The position numbers and the translations under genes are program-made. From Eledone cirrhosa (taxonomy: Eukaryota), in NCBI GenBank assembly GCA_964016885.1, contig OZ024753.1, positions 17,856,001-17,920,000 of the forward strand: a stretch of DNA of 64,000 bases. Reading direction: 5' to 3'. Shown here one piece after another: positions 16,366 to 36,336 of this stretch. The notes beneath the pieces were generated by a model. That model was not told where the DNA came from. It saw nothing but the letters and a program-made list of their open reading frames with translations, and searched no databases. How positions within the stretch are numbered: the first letter of the stretch is position 1; each line of letters starts with the position of its first letter.

Positions 16366-16950
16366 TATTGTTATACTTGGGGAGGGTCATATTGTTATAA
16401 TAATATTGCCAGAAATAATAACAAAACACACTCACTGTTTGGTTGATTTTCGCTTCTGTATCTTTTATATCTCCACAGTTAATTCATTCGGTCCTCAATG
16501 TTTACCATTGACTGACCAACGGTCAAATATATAGATATAATATAGATATAAACATATATATATATATTGTCTAACAAATTTCTTTTAACATCATCAGTGG
16601 TAATATTATGTTCTTCCTGTTGTATTATATATCTTCGCCATCTTTTCAATACGATACAACTATAGCACCACTGATGATGTTGCAGATGTGCAAAGAAAGA
16701 AGTTGGTTAGATTATATATATGTGTTTATATCTATATTTTATCTGTATTTTTGACCATTGGTCAGTCAATGGTAAACATTGAGGACCAAATTAATTAACT
16801 GTGAAGATATAAACGATACAGAAGCGAAAACCAACCAAACAGTTAGTGTGTTCTGTTATTATTTCTGGCAATATTATTACAACAATATGACCCTCCCCAA
16901 CTATAAAAATATTTGTTTCGACTCACGATTTCCTATCAAAAACTTGGCAA
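16366..16950 (+). mobile_element. Non-coding inverted-pLTR element with degenerate HHR (16667-16707)
   Basis: 16366-16601 is a diverged reverse complement of 16667-16908; terminus ATGACCCTCCC shared with 22722 and (inverted) 9785, 21228, 45846. Confidence 0.7.
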
Positions 16951-16971
16951 AATATATATATATGTATACAT

Positions 16972-17138
16972 ATAGAACTGTTTCATTCATGCGAAATCAT
17001 TACGAATCTCCTGATGATTTCGCATGAATAAAACAGTTCTAGTCCTGTTGAAGCTTTTCTATATTAAACATTTATACTCTGCTATGTATTGAGTACCTGA
17101 CTTACTGTGGTTACCTCCGATTGAACTCGGATCAACTT
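16972..17138 (+). mobile_element. pLTR end with fold-back and mutated HHR (17008-17053), same family as 37861-38010
   Basis: CTGATGA TTTC-GCAT-GAAT AAAA(G12 lost) CAG..CTG TT GAAG; the inverted arm 16972-17000 retains GAAAC. Confidence 0.7.
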
Positions 17139-17423
17139 ATATATATATATACTAATTTATGTTTGGTGGTTCAACACTGGATAGAACTGGTCATTCCGTA
17201 TAGTCAATCGTGATATAATATTAAGAAAAGCACTCGACGCTATGCTACTCATCCATCTTCGATGTTGAACCATGTTGGTGGTGCGAGAACGGAGTTAATT
17301 ATTATTGAGTAAAATGACAGGAGGCCGATCTGGTGAAATTCCTTCACAGATTTATTACCCTCTGCTTTTTAGCCTCTTGAATTGTATTTACCATTATTCC
17401 TTTATCATATAACTATTATGCAA

Positions 17424-17487
17424 TAAACACCTGATGATGTAACCAGGGTCTTGCGGAACTTGGCAACTGAAATGTACAGAGTGTTTA
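17424..17487 (+). ncRNA. Type I HHR, probably inactivated at U16.1
   Basis: TAAACAC CTGATGA ..CCAGGGT/ACTTGG.. GAAA TGTACA GA GTGTTTA; 7-bp stem I, palindromic stem III. Confidence 0.7.
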
Positions 17488-18333
17488 CTATATATATATA
17501 TATAATCACGAGTCATTTCGGATGTTTGTTTATTTATTCTGAAATAACGATGTAATCCAGTAATAATTTTCAATATCAACTATAGGACGGTACGTCATGT
17601 GAAGGTTTGAAACTAGTTTCCCTTTCACAACAAGTACCTTTGTACTTGATATGGAGGAGAAACTAGAAATATAGCTGGATGTAAATCTGCATAGATTTAA
17701 TCATTACGCAAATACCACAGTGGGAAAAACACCTTTGAATGAGATAATAATAAGACGTATTAAAGGCACCAAGAAATTATTTCCTCATTAAATCTGTAAC
17801 AATTGCGTGAACACAGCATTTCTGAAGGCAATTATGTCACTAACCAATAATTGACTTCAGTCTATTCTGAATACCGTGCAGATACATCTCATCAAGAGAT
17901 GTAATTAAAAGAAAGCTGGCTGTTAACTCTTAATGTGTTATAATGTTACATAGTATGGTACGGTCAGAAAATCCTTAAACATACCATTACAAAATATTTG
18001 TATTTGAAGAAAAGACACAAACCTGATGATTAAAGTCTAGAGACTTGAACGTGCCTAGATATTTTCACATTCTTTACGTTTTGTAATCACATTCTTTTCG
18101 TTTCGGCACATGTTACTTAAGGAAATGAGTAAGTTAGAGAAATCTATAATTTGTCAATCGATCTTAATGGGACGTGAAAAGTAACGATTGGGTTCTTATG
18201 AAATTACTTTTTAATGTTCTTTTCCTAAGAAGCAAGTATAAGTTTATTGTAATTGTGTAGACATAGGTCACCACAGATTAACTATGATCAACATATAAAG
18301 GCACTAAAACAATGGCCATCATGTAATAATGGT

Positions 18334-18470
18334 TTATTATTTAGGCACAAGGTCAGCAATTTTTTGGGAGGGAAAGTTAACCTTGGCGGAATTGAACTCA
18401 GATTATAAAGTACCGTAACTCTATGCTGCAAAGCATGGCGTCCGAATTTCTACCGATATTGTCAATCCAC
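18334..18470 (-). mobile_element. Degenerate, internally deleted copy of the MetaSINE-like family
   Basis: Similarity to head and tail of 53690-53878. Confidence 0.7.
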
Positions 18471-19269
18471 CACCATCATGTAATAATTTCACGCAATATG
18501 TATGCGTGTGTGAGATGTATGTGTATCCGTGAGTATGTGTGTTGATGCGTGATGTGTTTCTAGCCATGAATATGTGTGTGCATTTGTGTGTCTATGAAGA
18601 CAATATCAAAAGCAATGGTACTGCATAAAGACAATAATTTGAGCTAGATTTGGCTACGATTTCTAGTCTATCAAGTGCTCAACAACATACATGTGGCTCT
18701 GTCGTTGCTAGATTCTGATGTATAGTTTATCTCTTCGACTCAGTATATATTTACATATACTTTCTCGACATGGAGAGACGAAAACCACGGAGAAAAACGT
18801 CATAGTTTTGATTCGAGCATCGAAGTTCTACAGGGTACAATGATTTTACATCATAGTATTATACGGCTTCTATCGTCAATGGCATAACACTTACGATATT
18901 TATGATACTTACATTATCGATTACCGAGGAATGTTAAACACAGGAAATACCAAATAAGAATTCAGGTTACAATTTAGAAGAACAGAACTGAATACTTTAA
19001 ATTATTTCGTAAAGTAGTAAAAACCTAGCAACTCGTGTCTTGCTTCATCGGTAGATTGTAACATAAAGAGGCGAAATAGTGCAGTAGGTGTTATGTCGCG
19101 AGGAAGAAGAGAATCTTAGAAAGTATTTTGTCCGAAACTAAATTCTCCTTGTTGTATACAATTTATTCTAGTGTTAGTATATATATCACCTCAAGCATTC
19201 GGCTTTTGAGATAACTTACTGACCGCTTTATAATATATTTACTTTACATTATCTCGCCAAAAATATTAA

Positions 19270-21218
<1,949 letters not shown>

Positions 21219-21388
21219 TGTTATACTTTGGGAGGGTCATGTTGCCAATAAGAAACACACGCACCAGTTGCCTTCACTTCTATTTATTATATATTTATAA
21301 ATTTATAAATTTACAAATCTACAAACTTATAAATTATAAATTTCTGGTTGGTTGGTTGGTTCCACAACCAGATAGTTGTTTATATATA

Positions 21389-21431
21389 GTCATAGTCCTT
21401 TCGCCACACACTCTGTGACCTCTTCAGTGAC
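21389..21431 (-). ncRNA. Minimal type I HHR (inverted pLTR copy)
   Basis: GTCA CTGAAGA GGTCAC..GTGGC GAAA GGAC TA TGAC. Confidence 0.85.
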
Positions 21432-22530
21432 TGGGGATTCCTTTCTTTGTTTCTGTGCCTTTCCTTTCTTCTATCCTACGCCATTTTGTTTCTGTGTGTG
21501 TGTTGTGTGCTCAGTTTGCGCATGCGCCACATCCGGGTGTCTGTGTGTGTTTGTGTTCATTTATCTATTTGTTTATTTATTTATTTATTTATTGTTGGTT
21601 GGTTGTTTGTTCTATGTGTGTGTGTGTTTTCATTTTGTCCTTAATTGTAAGTTGTGATGTTGCTGTTCCACTCATATTTTCTATTTAATGTTCTAGTTCT
21701 TTCTATTCTATTCAATAGAATAGAAAGAACTAGGAACAAGGCCAATAGAATAAACTCATGGTATGATAGCAATAAATACCAGAGTGTAATGTTCATCAAT
21801 ACAACCCCTAGAGGCGAACTAGCCTACAAATTTAGAAGGGCCCTAAATAAGCATAAACTCAATATTAAGATAGTAGAAAGACCAGGTACCTCCGTAAAAA
21901 CACTTATTAGCAAGACATACCCGTTCCAAAGACCCTCATGTATAGATAAGAAATGTATAACCTGTAAAATAAGCCCCCATATTAACTGTAAAACTAGAAA
22001 TGTAGTGTATAGCATAAAATGTACTGAAGGACAATGTAGAAACAAAAATATAGTGTACATAGGTGAGACAGCTCGTAGTATAGGGGAACGAATAAATGAA
22101 CACTGGCGAGACTTTCAAGATAATAAAGAATCATCTGTGCTCTACCAACATGCTAAGATAGAACACAGGGGTAGATTAGAGAACATAGAAATAAAAATAG
22201 AATCCACACACAGAAAAGATGCAATGTTTAGGCAAATTACAGAGGCAGTAAGCATAAAAGAATTACAACCAAAATTAAATAGAAAATATGAGTGGAACAG
22301 CAACATCACAACTTACACTTAAGGACAAAATGAAAACACACACACACATAGAACAAACAACCAACCAACAATAAATAAATAAATAAATAAACAAATAGAT
22401 AAATGAACACAAACACACACAGACACCCGGATGTGGCGCATGCGCAAACTGAGCACACAACACACACACAGAAACAAAATGGCGTAGGATAGAAGAAAGG
22501 AAGGCACAGAAACAAAGAAAGGAATCCCCA

Positions 22531-22573
22531 GTCACTGAAGAGGTCACAGAGTGTGTGACGAAAGGACTATGAC
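22531..22573 (+). ncRNA. Minimal type I HHR
   Basis: GTCA CTGAAGA GGTCAC-AGAGTGT-GTGAC GAAA GGAC TA TGAC. Confidence 0.85.
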
Positions 22574-22801
22574 TATATATAAACAACTATCTGGTTGTGG
22601 AACCAACCAACCAACCAGAAATTTATAATTTATAAGTTTGTAGATTTGTAAATTTATAAATTTATAAATATATAATAAATTGAAGTGAAGGCAACTGGTG
22701 CGTGTGTTTCTTATTGGCAACATGACCCTCCCAAAGTATAACAATATCGGTTTCAACACACGATTTCAGATAAAGAATCTTGCTAAACAAATTCAGAAAC
22801 G

Positions 22802-23628
<827 letters not shown>

Positions 23629-23805
23629 GGTAAATATACACGGGTATGTATGATTGTGTATAGAAGATTATATTAATAAGAGGAATTCCAACTTTGTCTG
23701 ATTTACTCGTTTTATTTACAATCCTTTAAAATATATATAATACGGTATTATAATGAGGTATTATAATGAAATAGTATGATAGAATATTAAATTCTAAGTG
23801 TTAAT

Positions 23806-23844
23806 TGAATAAGTACTTTCATGCTTTCGCAATCTTCAGGTTCA
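23806..23844 (-). ncRNA. Minimal type I HHR
   Basis: TGAAC CTGAAGA T-TGC-GAAA-GCA-T GAAA GTAC TT ATTCA; GNRA loop II, palindromic stem III, one stem I mismatch. Confidence 0.8.
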
Positions 23845-24218
23845 TGATATGTGGTGACAGTCGAGTTTGCAATTTTAAACTGTAATGAGATGGGTAAATT
23901 TACTACCTTTTATACATTGTATACAGAGAAAAGTGGCTCCAGAATGCAAAGCCCTGTAAACTGTATTTCGACCAATCAGTGTGTAGTTTCACTGAATTAC
24001 TACAGCTGATTGGTTTAAGCGTCACGGCTGGTTGAGCATGCTAACGACTAATAGTCATACCCAACGTATCAATTGTTTTGCTTTTTGAAATGATGAAAAT
24101 AGCATTTTCTATTAATCATCACCATCAACATCACTTTTATTATTATTATTATTGTTGTTGTTGTTGTTGTTAGTGGTCGTGGTCATAGTGGTAGTAGAAG
24201 TAATACCCCTAGGCGTTA

Positions 24219-26664
24219 TTATTGTTCATTTAGCTTGGGTTTGAATTTATCAATAAAATTCTTTTCTTTGATTTTTCTCTTGATTTCACTTGGGCTGTGT
24301 AATTTGTAGAATGGGAATATTATAAATATTCCCTGACCACATGTTGCCAGGTGGCCGCTTAGGGGTGTCTGACGGACATTTGCGTCTCTGATTTGTTGAC
24401 GGTGTACCCGTGCACGTTCCGATAGTGCATTTCCAGTTTGACCGACATATAGTTCTTTACAATTCGGGCATTTAATGCAGTAAATTAGATTTCTGCTTTT
24501 GCAGTTCATATTTGCATTTGGGAATATTTTTCCAGTTTTTGTTTTCATATATTGACCGGCGTGTATGGATTGACATGTGTCGCATCGATTATCATTGCAT
24601 TTAGATACAGTGAATGATTGGTCTTTGTTGTTAAGGTCAAACTTTGCTTTTGTTAGCAATTGCTTCAAATTTTTTGGCTGTCTTTTACTCAGAGTCAAAG
24701 ATCGATCTGTGATTAAGCCTTTTAATTCATTACTTTGAGCAATGATCGGTAGGTTTGCTTTGGCAGTGTTGAAGATATTCTGGTGACATGGGTTGTGTGT
24801 CATTATAAATGGTATGACCAGTTCTTGGTTTCTTCTTCCTTGGGTTGTTCTAAGTTGTTGTATAGGTATTTTTATAGCCCGCTGTATGCCATTTTCTATA
24901 AGTAGAGATGGGTATTTTTGTTTGAGCAAAAATTCTCTTAGTTCTGTTAGGCGTTTGTACCTGGTATTCGTATCTTCTACAATGGTACAAATTCTTCTGG
25001 CTAGGCAGTATGGGATGTTGCGTTTTGTATGAGGTGGACTTAAAATTCAGATATTGATGGGTGTCTGTGTGTTTATAATATATATCCGTGGTAATGGTGG
25101 TGTCGTTTTTGATTATCATTATATCTAGGAATGGTAATTTGGTCCTACTCATCTCTTTTGTGAATTGGAGAGATGGGTGTAGGTTATTCAGGAGGATATT
25201 GAACTCCTCCAGAGTATCTAGAGATTCTGTACAGATGATGAAACAGTCGTCAAGGTATCTCTTCCAAGATTTTTCAATGTACTTTCTAAAGTCAGTACTA
25301 TATTTTTCCTCTATTTCTTGGTAGAGTTGTTGTTCTAAGTATCCCATTACAGAGTTCGCGTAAACGGGAGCAAACTTCGTTCCCATCGCTGTGCCTCTAA
25401 TTTGGATGTAATTCTTTCCATTGTAGAAGAAAGTGTTATTTTCCAGAATAAGTTTAACTGCGTCTAATATAAATGGCGCTGTGAATCTAATAGGAATCAC
25501 TTCTCTATGTTTTTCCACCCAGTATTTAACCGCCTTTATTCCTAAATCATGTGTAATGTTGGTGTAAAGGCTTACCACATCAAAACTGAGTAGAAGTGAA
25601 TTCGTTTCCGTGGTTTTGGGAAGATGGGACAGGAAGTCGATATCATCCCGGATGAAACTGGGTATGTGAATACATAGTGGTTTCAAAATAATTGTTTCTA
25701 CTTTTAGGCACAAGGCCAGCAATTACCCAGTTCATTACTGGTACTTTATTTTATCGACCCCGTAAGGATGAAAGGCAAAGTCAACCTCGGCGGGATTTGA
25801 TAGTGGTTTCAAAATAATGTCAACAAAATTGCTTAGACGGTGAGTGGGGCATGTTGGACCAGCTATAATAGGTCTAAGTTTTAAGTCTTTTGGGTGTAAT
25901 AATTTAATGTACTCACTGTTTTGTTCTCTTACTGCCAGTTGTATTTCTTTTGACTTGTGAACTTTCGGTAGGCCATACAGGTTGCTGGGTTTCGGCTCAA
26001 AATTGGTGATGTAGTCTCTTTCCTTATCAGTAAATGAGTTGTGGTATTTTGAAGCCAGGTTGTTGATCTTCTTCATGATGTTGTGGTCTATATTTGACGG
26101 TATTTCATGATAGAATGTTGTGTCTTTCAGTTGTTCCTCAACCAAATCCTTGTAGTATTCAGTATCCATTATAACAACTGCACCCCCTTTATCTGCTTGT
26201 TTAATTATTATTGTTTTATCATTTTGTATACGTTTAAGTGCAGACATTTCTGATTTGTTAATGTTTGGCCTAACATTAGTATTATGTCTAAGAGGAAATT
26301 TAGACAGGATGTCAATGTATTGGTCGAGATAAATATTTCTTCCTTTTAGCGGAGTGAAATTTGATTTATTCTTTACTAGTGATTCATCACTCTCATTATT
26401 TTTATCAGCGAAGAATTCTACAAGACGTAATTTTCGACAGAATTCTTGGGTATCCTCCTTCAGTTCTTGGTGGTTGACTGTTGGAGTCGGTGTGAATTTC
26501 AGTCCTTTTGACAGAATTTGCATTTCATCATTGTCAAGATCTCTTTTAGATAAATTAATTATTTTAGGATCTACGTGTACAGCTGTTTTGGGTATGTTTC
26601 CTCCTGGAGTTTTTCTTTTTCCGGTTTTTGTTGTCCTGACGTTAAAAAATGAATTTTTCTCTGT
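24219..26664 (-). pseudogene. PLE pol (RT plus GIY-YIG), disrupted by a SINE and one frameshift near 25035
   Basis: LSKGLKFTPTP, ADKGGAVV, LYGLPKVHK, RPII, GTAMG, RYLDD, LPFLD, CNDNRCDTC, LIYCIKC..YVGQT. Confidence 0.92.
25693..25799 (-). mobile_element. 5'-truncated MetaSINE-like SINE inserted in PLE RT with 19-bp TSD
   Basis: ATAGTGGTTTCAAAATAAT at 25674-25692 and 25800-25818; GCCTTTCATCCTTACGGGGTCGATAAAATAAAGTACCAG core. Confidence 0.9.
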
Positions 26665-27920
26665 TCAGGATTTATATTCCTGTTGGTGTTCGCTTGATGA
26701 ACTTTTGGTCGTGATATTATATTTGGTTTCGTTATGTATTTTGTCCTATTTTTGGTATTCTGTATTTTATTTTTGTTCCTGTTAGCATTATTTTTAACAA
26801 TCTGGGAAAATGACCTAGGTTTGCTTTCAGGTTTAGATCGTTTTTTCGTCCAGTTTCTTGTGGGCAATCTCTGTTGAGATCTTGAGAGTGATCTGGTTAT
26901 TCTACGTTTTGTTTCCACATTCCTTGTTGGTAGTCTCTGTTGAGATCTTGAGAATGATCTCCTGGTTTTACTACTTCTCATGGTCTGGTCAAAGGAATAC
27001 CTATCGTGTTTGTGCTTTTTGTTCATGTTGTGTGCGATAGGGTGTTTTTGTAGAAAAAGCGAAGAGTTATTACCGTAGTTCTTCTTTGATTCAAGGTAAG
27101 GTGAGTGTTTGTGTTGGCACGTGTTCTGGCGTATATTGTGTTGATGAGATTGTCCACTTTTAATGCTTTTTCTCAGGGTTCCAGAGTCTTTACCGTAATT
27201 TGCAGCATATTCATCGAGAAATAATTGTTTCTGCTGCCATACCTTTCTTGATTTGTTTTCTTCTTTTGAGATATCTCCGATCCATAGTTCTCGTAGTTTT
27301 TCAGCTATAATACCAGTCGTTAGCTTTGAAATTTCAACTTCAATTTGGTCATCAATAGCTTCATATTTGGCTTTGTAGCGGGATTGTTTACATTCAGAAA
27401 TGGAAATGTCGGTCCTGAATTTTGTCAATGTAAGTTCCCATCGGAGTTTTGTTTCTTCTTCTGGTTCTCCTGCAATTTTTGTAATTAGGTATTTACGAGG
27501 GAGTATAGGTGCCGTTAGAGAGAGCCATTTCGAATGTGTTTCGACATATTTTTCGCATCTGTATGCTTTCCAGAAATTTTGTTTTCTTATTTTAAGGAAT
27601 TTTTTCCATGTCTTCCACATTTCTTTTCTTATTCGATGTGTTTTGTTTTCCAAATTTCTTTCGTTTATTTCTGACATCCAAGGGGGTTGTGGTAGGCTTT
27701 CTCTTGTATCTTTGATAACTGTTGGTATAATTTCAGCTAAATTCTTAATTTCAGAGTTTATATGTTCAGTTATAAGTTTTCCGTCTGTAGATTGTTTTTC
27801 TATTTCCTTTAAAATAGAGGATTGTGTGTCCATCATCGTGATAAGTGTTGATAATTTCGATGATATCTCCTTTAGAATTCTTTCTGATTCTGTTGGTTTC
27901 ATTTGTTGCTTTCCAGACAT
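26571..27920 (-). CDS. PLE ORF1, 449 aa, helical/coiled-coil-like N-half and basic S/R/K-rich C-half; function unknown
   Basis: Open from ATG at 27920 (MSGKQQ); the longer listed ORF only adds (TA)n; RS(F/L)[11 protein letters not shown] repeated twice; may be 5'-truncated. Confidence 0.75.
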   Translation of the reverse strand: MSGKQQMKPTESERILKEISSKLSTLITMMDTQSSILKEIEKQSTDGKLITEHINSEIKNLAEIIPTVIKDTRESLPQPPWMSEINERNLENKTHRIRKEMWKTWKKFLKIRKQNFWKAYRCEKYVETHSKWLSLTAPILPRKYLITKIAGEPEEETKLRWELTLTKFRTDISISECKQSRYKAKYEAIDDQIEVEISKLTTGIIAEKLRELWIGDISKEENKSRKVWQQKQLFLDEYAANYGKDSGTLRKSIKSGQSHQHNIRQNTCQHKHSPYLESKKNYGNNSSLFLQKHPIAHNMNKKHKHDRYSFDQTMRSSKTRRSFSRSQQRLPTRNVETKRRITRSLSRSQQRLPTRNWTKKRSKPESKPRSFSQIVKNNANRNKNKIQNTKNRTKYITKPNIISRPKVHQANTNRNINPEQRKIHFLTSGQQKPEKEKLQEETYPKQLYT

Positions 27921-27931
27921 GTTGGTACATA

Positions 27932-28576
<645 letters not shown>

Positions 28577-28596
28577 AGAAGAGCAATTAGAGCTAA

Positions 28597-32618
<4,022 letters not shown>

Positions 32619-32655
32619 AGATTACAATAATCAAAGTTCAGTTTAAGTCATTTAT

Positions 32656-32704
32656 TTGCTTACAATTGTTTCCTCCAAACCGAGGTTTGGATTCTTCGGA
32701 GCAA
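32656..32704 (-). ncRNA. Type I HHR with U4-to-C core change, at the end of a ~2-kb non-coding segment (32619-34670)
   Basis: TTGCT CCGAAGA A-TCCAAAC-CTCG-GTTTGGA-G GAAA CAATTG TA AGCAA. Confidence 0.75.
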
Positions 32705-34674
32705 CTATTTACTGATCTATAACATACTTGACCTCCTTTTCAACCCAAGAGACACATAAAACATATGCGCATATTGATCAACAGTGGGGTGACATTCATC
32801 AAATGATATAGCATGGCAATTTACATATAAAGGTTACAGGATAAAAATAAAATTAAAACAAGAATGAAAATAAAGATAAACATGAAGCGTTGGCAGTCTA
32901 TGAAGATAAAGCAAGAGGAAAGTTTAGAGTAGTCAGTGTATGAAACAGTCTCACGTGTAGCATGCACGCGTGTCTTATTTATACATGATTAGAGTGCGTC
33001 AGAATGATATTTGCAGGGTCAGGCAGTTGAAGCAGGCAATCGATCTTATTATGTGGGCTGGATTATTAAGTCATTTATTCTCATAAATTTGTATGATATA
33101 CAGTCTCGGATGCAGGGAAACACCAAAATATCAAAAACTTTCCACATACTATAAACCTTATTGTATCGTAGGCAAAGCCGTACTACTGTCTTCGCTCACA
33201 CCACCAATCACATAATCCATGAGACGCAATATATATAGAGAACACTTGTCTATCGTATAATTCGCGGTGGTTCAGCATATAATCAAGCTATAAACCGTAT
33301 CCAGTCGGTTCTTAATTAATGGATCATGCTGTCCAGATTCCGGAAGTGTCTGAATGACTAAGGGGAATTAATGCGTAAGGGGAGGTAACTAGCTAGTTAT
33401 CTTAGTAAAATTATTATCCTAAACTACATTAATGGTGATTCAAATACGTGCCTATCATGTGAAGTTATAACTAATTTCTAGAGTATGTTACCCATTTATA
33501 GGTTAGAGAGTAGTCCATTAAGAAGTACAAGGGTGTATATAATAGGATGATTACCATCCATTAAGGGGTGTCATATCTGAACGTTCTATAAGAGGAGTCA
33601 GACTCTCAAGTCACTGTTCCATGCAAATGTAATATAACAGTAGGACCTGGTATGGTCCCACTATTATATATGCCACCCGGTAGGCTCCGGGTCATTGCAT
33701 GTCTGAATCTCCAGTAAATCTTCGGTATGGTCCGGAGATCCAATTTCTCATATAAAGGCACTAGTCTGGTCATCAAGCAATAGACAACCCTCGTCTCATA
33801 TATAAATCAATTAAGTATCACATCTCCAAGCCAGAGTGGAGTCTATTAATAGGTACTAAAGGAGTTCACATCAAGATGATTACAATCTGGAGATTATATC
33901 TCTCATACCAGGGCACCTGTCTGGCCACCAAGCAATACATAAACCCACCTCCCACATATAGATCAGGTATCCCATCTACAAGTTAGAGTGGAGTCCAGTA
34001 ACAAGTACTAAAGGAGTTCGTATCATGATGACTACAATCCAACATGGGGTGCCACACCCGGCCAGTCCATAAGAAGAGTCGGACTACATAATTAACTACA
34101 CGGGTCTCACTATCAGTAATGGTCTTATTATCATACATGACTCCCGGCGAGATTCAGGTCGTAGTATGACTGCATCGCCGGTAAGTTCACCAGGGTGGTC
34201 CGGTGGCCGGTTCTTTCGTCAAAAGGTGCCGGTCAGGTCACCAGGCAACACAGATGCTCCTAACTCATGCATCTCCCGTGCATAATTCATTGAACTGATC
34301 GTTTACAGTATATATTCACATAACAATACGATTATCTATCTAATCATCAATCTATCTCTTGGTGGGAATCCATGCACAGGACTATGTTATCGCAACCAGT
34401 ACCGTGTCGCCAGTTTATACTAATCATATATTTGTGCAATGCAGAATAAGTAGTCCACGGTCGAGATATCAGAATTAGAGGTACAAGGGGGTATTCCCAG
34501 GGTAGGTGGTACTAAAATGCTGTCAGTATTATCTTTAGAGTATAGAAATGGGTGTGGATGTGAGGTGTAAGGTGTGCTACTGATGTTAATTGCTAGGGGT
34601 GGTGCCGGTTCCAGTCTGACATTATTATATATAGGGTTTAAAGTTTTGGAACGAGTGTCGGAAGCGGTGTTGGC

Positions 34675-36336
34675 AAGGGGAAAGAATTCTGTGTCATCTC
34701 GAGAGAGACCTACAACAACTTAGCTCTCCAAGATCTTAATGACCACAGCCTCTACTCGAAAGTCACAGGGACCTCCTCGACTCTAATCGAGGAAGGCATT
34801 AACACCATATGGACTAACATCTGTGTCCAACGAAAACTGCCAAAGAAGGTAAAAAACAACATAATGACTCGAAACAGCAAACTACCCACCTTCTACCACC
34901 TGGTTAAAACACATAAACAAGGACCCGATTTGAAAATCAGGCCCATTGTCTCTAGCGTGGAGGGCCCACTCTACAAAATATCGTGGCTGCTCTCCACACT
35001 ACTGAAACCCATTCTACACACACTACCAGCCCACGTCTGCAGCTCAAAGGAGGTCTTGGAGCGACTACACCATCTGGCGCCCAACACCAGAAAGGACAAC
35101 GGTTATGCCTTCAGTCTTGATGTGGTCGCCCTTTATACCTCCGTACCAGCATCCCCAGCTGTCGACCTGTTGACCGAACGAGTCCGAGCATCTAACTTAC
35201 ACTACTTCGGACTCACACACACGGACATCCACCAACTCCTCTCCTTCGTTGTGGATAATGCATTCTTCAATTTCCTCGGCCACACGTACAAACAAATCTC
35301 TGGGCTACCTATGGGCTCTAGTCTGTCCGGCATACTTGCGATCTCGTACATGGACCACCTGGAACGCAAGGCACTCAATACCTGCCAACCCAACGCCGTC
35401 GCCTTCTACTCCAGATACGTTGATGACATCCTGATACTTACTTCTTCCCGGGAGATGGCGAATGAAATTCACCAAATCTTCAACGATACTGACCATCACG
35501 TCGATTTCACCATCGAACACCCAGGAGAAGACGGGTCACTCGCCCTCCTCGACTTCCGTATCAACATCTCGGAAGAAGGAGACATAAACACCACCTTCTA
35601 CCGCAAAGCAGCGTGCAAGGACTTATTTGTGCATTATAACTCAGCCCTCCCCAACAACGCTAAGAGAGGCTATGTCCTAAATGAACTGACACGGATCACT
35701 AACAGATGCAGCGACCCGATGGGTGGTCTCACCCATATCACGCAATTCCGTAATCTACTCAGATCTAATGGTTATCCCAAGCGACTGATTAACGGAATTA
35801 GAGACCCCAGACCCAATAGACAGACACCCACTAGAAACTTAAATAAAAGCAGGTGCTTCTTTAAAATCCCCCACCTGAGTGAATATACCACGAACGCCAT
35901 CCGCAGGGCCATACGGACGGAGGGACTTGAAATACATTTGGCCCACACAGGACCTTCGCTGCGAAGATGCCTCTCCAACAAACCCGACGAGTCAGATGGG
36001 ACGTGTTCCCTCAGCAACTGCCCGATACGGGGGGCAGATTGCCTACGCACCTATGTCGTATATAAGATTCAATGCGATAAATGTAACAAGTTTTACATAG
36101 GTAGCACCATCCGACCCCTACATGTTCGTATCAAGGAACATATCAACACCAACGCATCTTCCTTCCGTAAACACATCCTTAAATGCGGAAACCCACAGGG
36201 TAGACCCTTGGTCACAGTCCTAGCGACTGAACGCAGCATCGGATCCTTAAGGATAAAGGAAGCACTTGTTATTAAGAACCTCAGACCCCCACTTAACAAC
36301 CGGGCTGAGAGAAATGAGCTGACATGGCTAACTTAA
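34675..36336 (+). CDS. PLE RT-GIY-YIG polyprotein, uninterrupted but 5'-truncated at the DKG motif (possibly Naiad-like)
   Basis: Frame open from KGKEFCVI (34675); LVKTHK, KIRPIVS, SLDVVALY, GLPMG, RYVDD, VVYKIQC..FYIGST, KEALVIK; 3' UTR to ~37126 with degenerate HHR 36939-36975. Confidence 0.9.
   Translation, partial: KGKEFCVISRETYNNLALQDLNDHSLYSKVTGTSSTLIEEGINTIWTNICVQRKLPKKVKNNIMTRNSKLPTFYHLVKTHKQGPDLKIRPIVSSVEGPLYKISWLLSTLLKPILHTLPAHVCSSKEVLERLHHLAPNTRKDNGYAFSLDVVALYTSVPASPAVDLLTERVRASNLHYFGLTHTDIHQLLSFVVDNAFFNFLGHTYKQISGLPMGSSLSGILAISYMDHLERKALNTCQPNAVAFYSRYVDDILILTSSREMANEIHQIFNDTDHHVDFTIEHPGEDGSLALLDFRINISEEGDINTTFYRKAACKDLFVHYNSALPNNAKRGYVLNELTRITNRCSDPMGGLTHITQFRNLLRSNGYPKRLINGIRDPRPNRQTPTRNLNKSRCFFKIPHLSEYTTNAIRRAIRTEGLEIHLAHTGPSLRRCLSNKPDESDGTCSLSNCPIRGADCLRTYVVYKIQCDKCNKFYIGSTIRPLHVRIKEHINTNASSFRKHILKCGNPQGRPLVTVLATERSIGSLRIKEALVIKNLRPPLNNRAERNELTWLT

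Larger units (their letters stand above)
23629..27927 (-). mobile_element. Near full-length two-ORF Penelope-like element (Neptune-like)
   Basis: ORF1, RT-GIY-YIG pol and 3' HHR; both ends abut (TA)n. Confidence 0.9.

Noticed and set aside
18021-18060. HHR candidate CTGATGA..AAGTC/GACTT..GAAC
   Set aside because: GAAA core broken and no stem I or III
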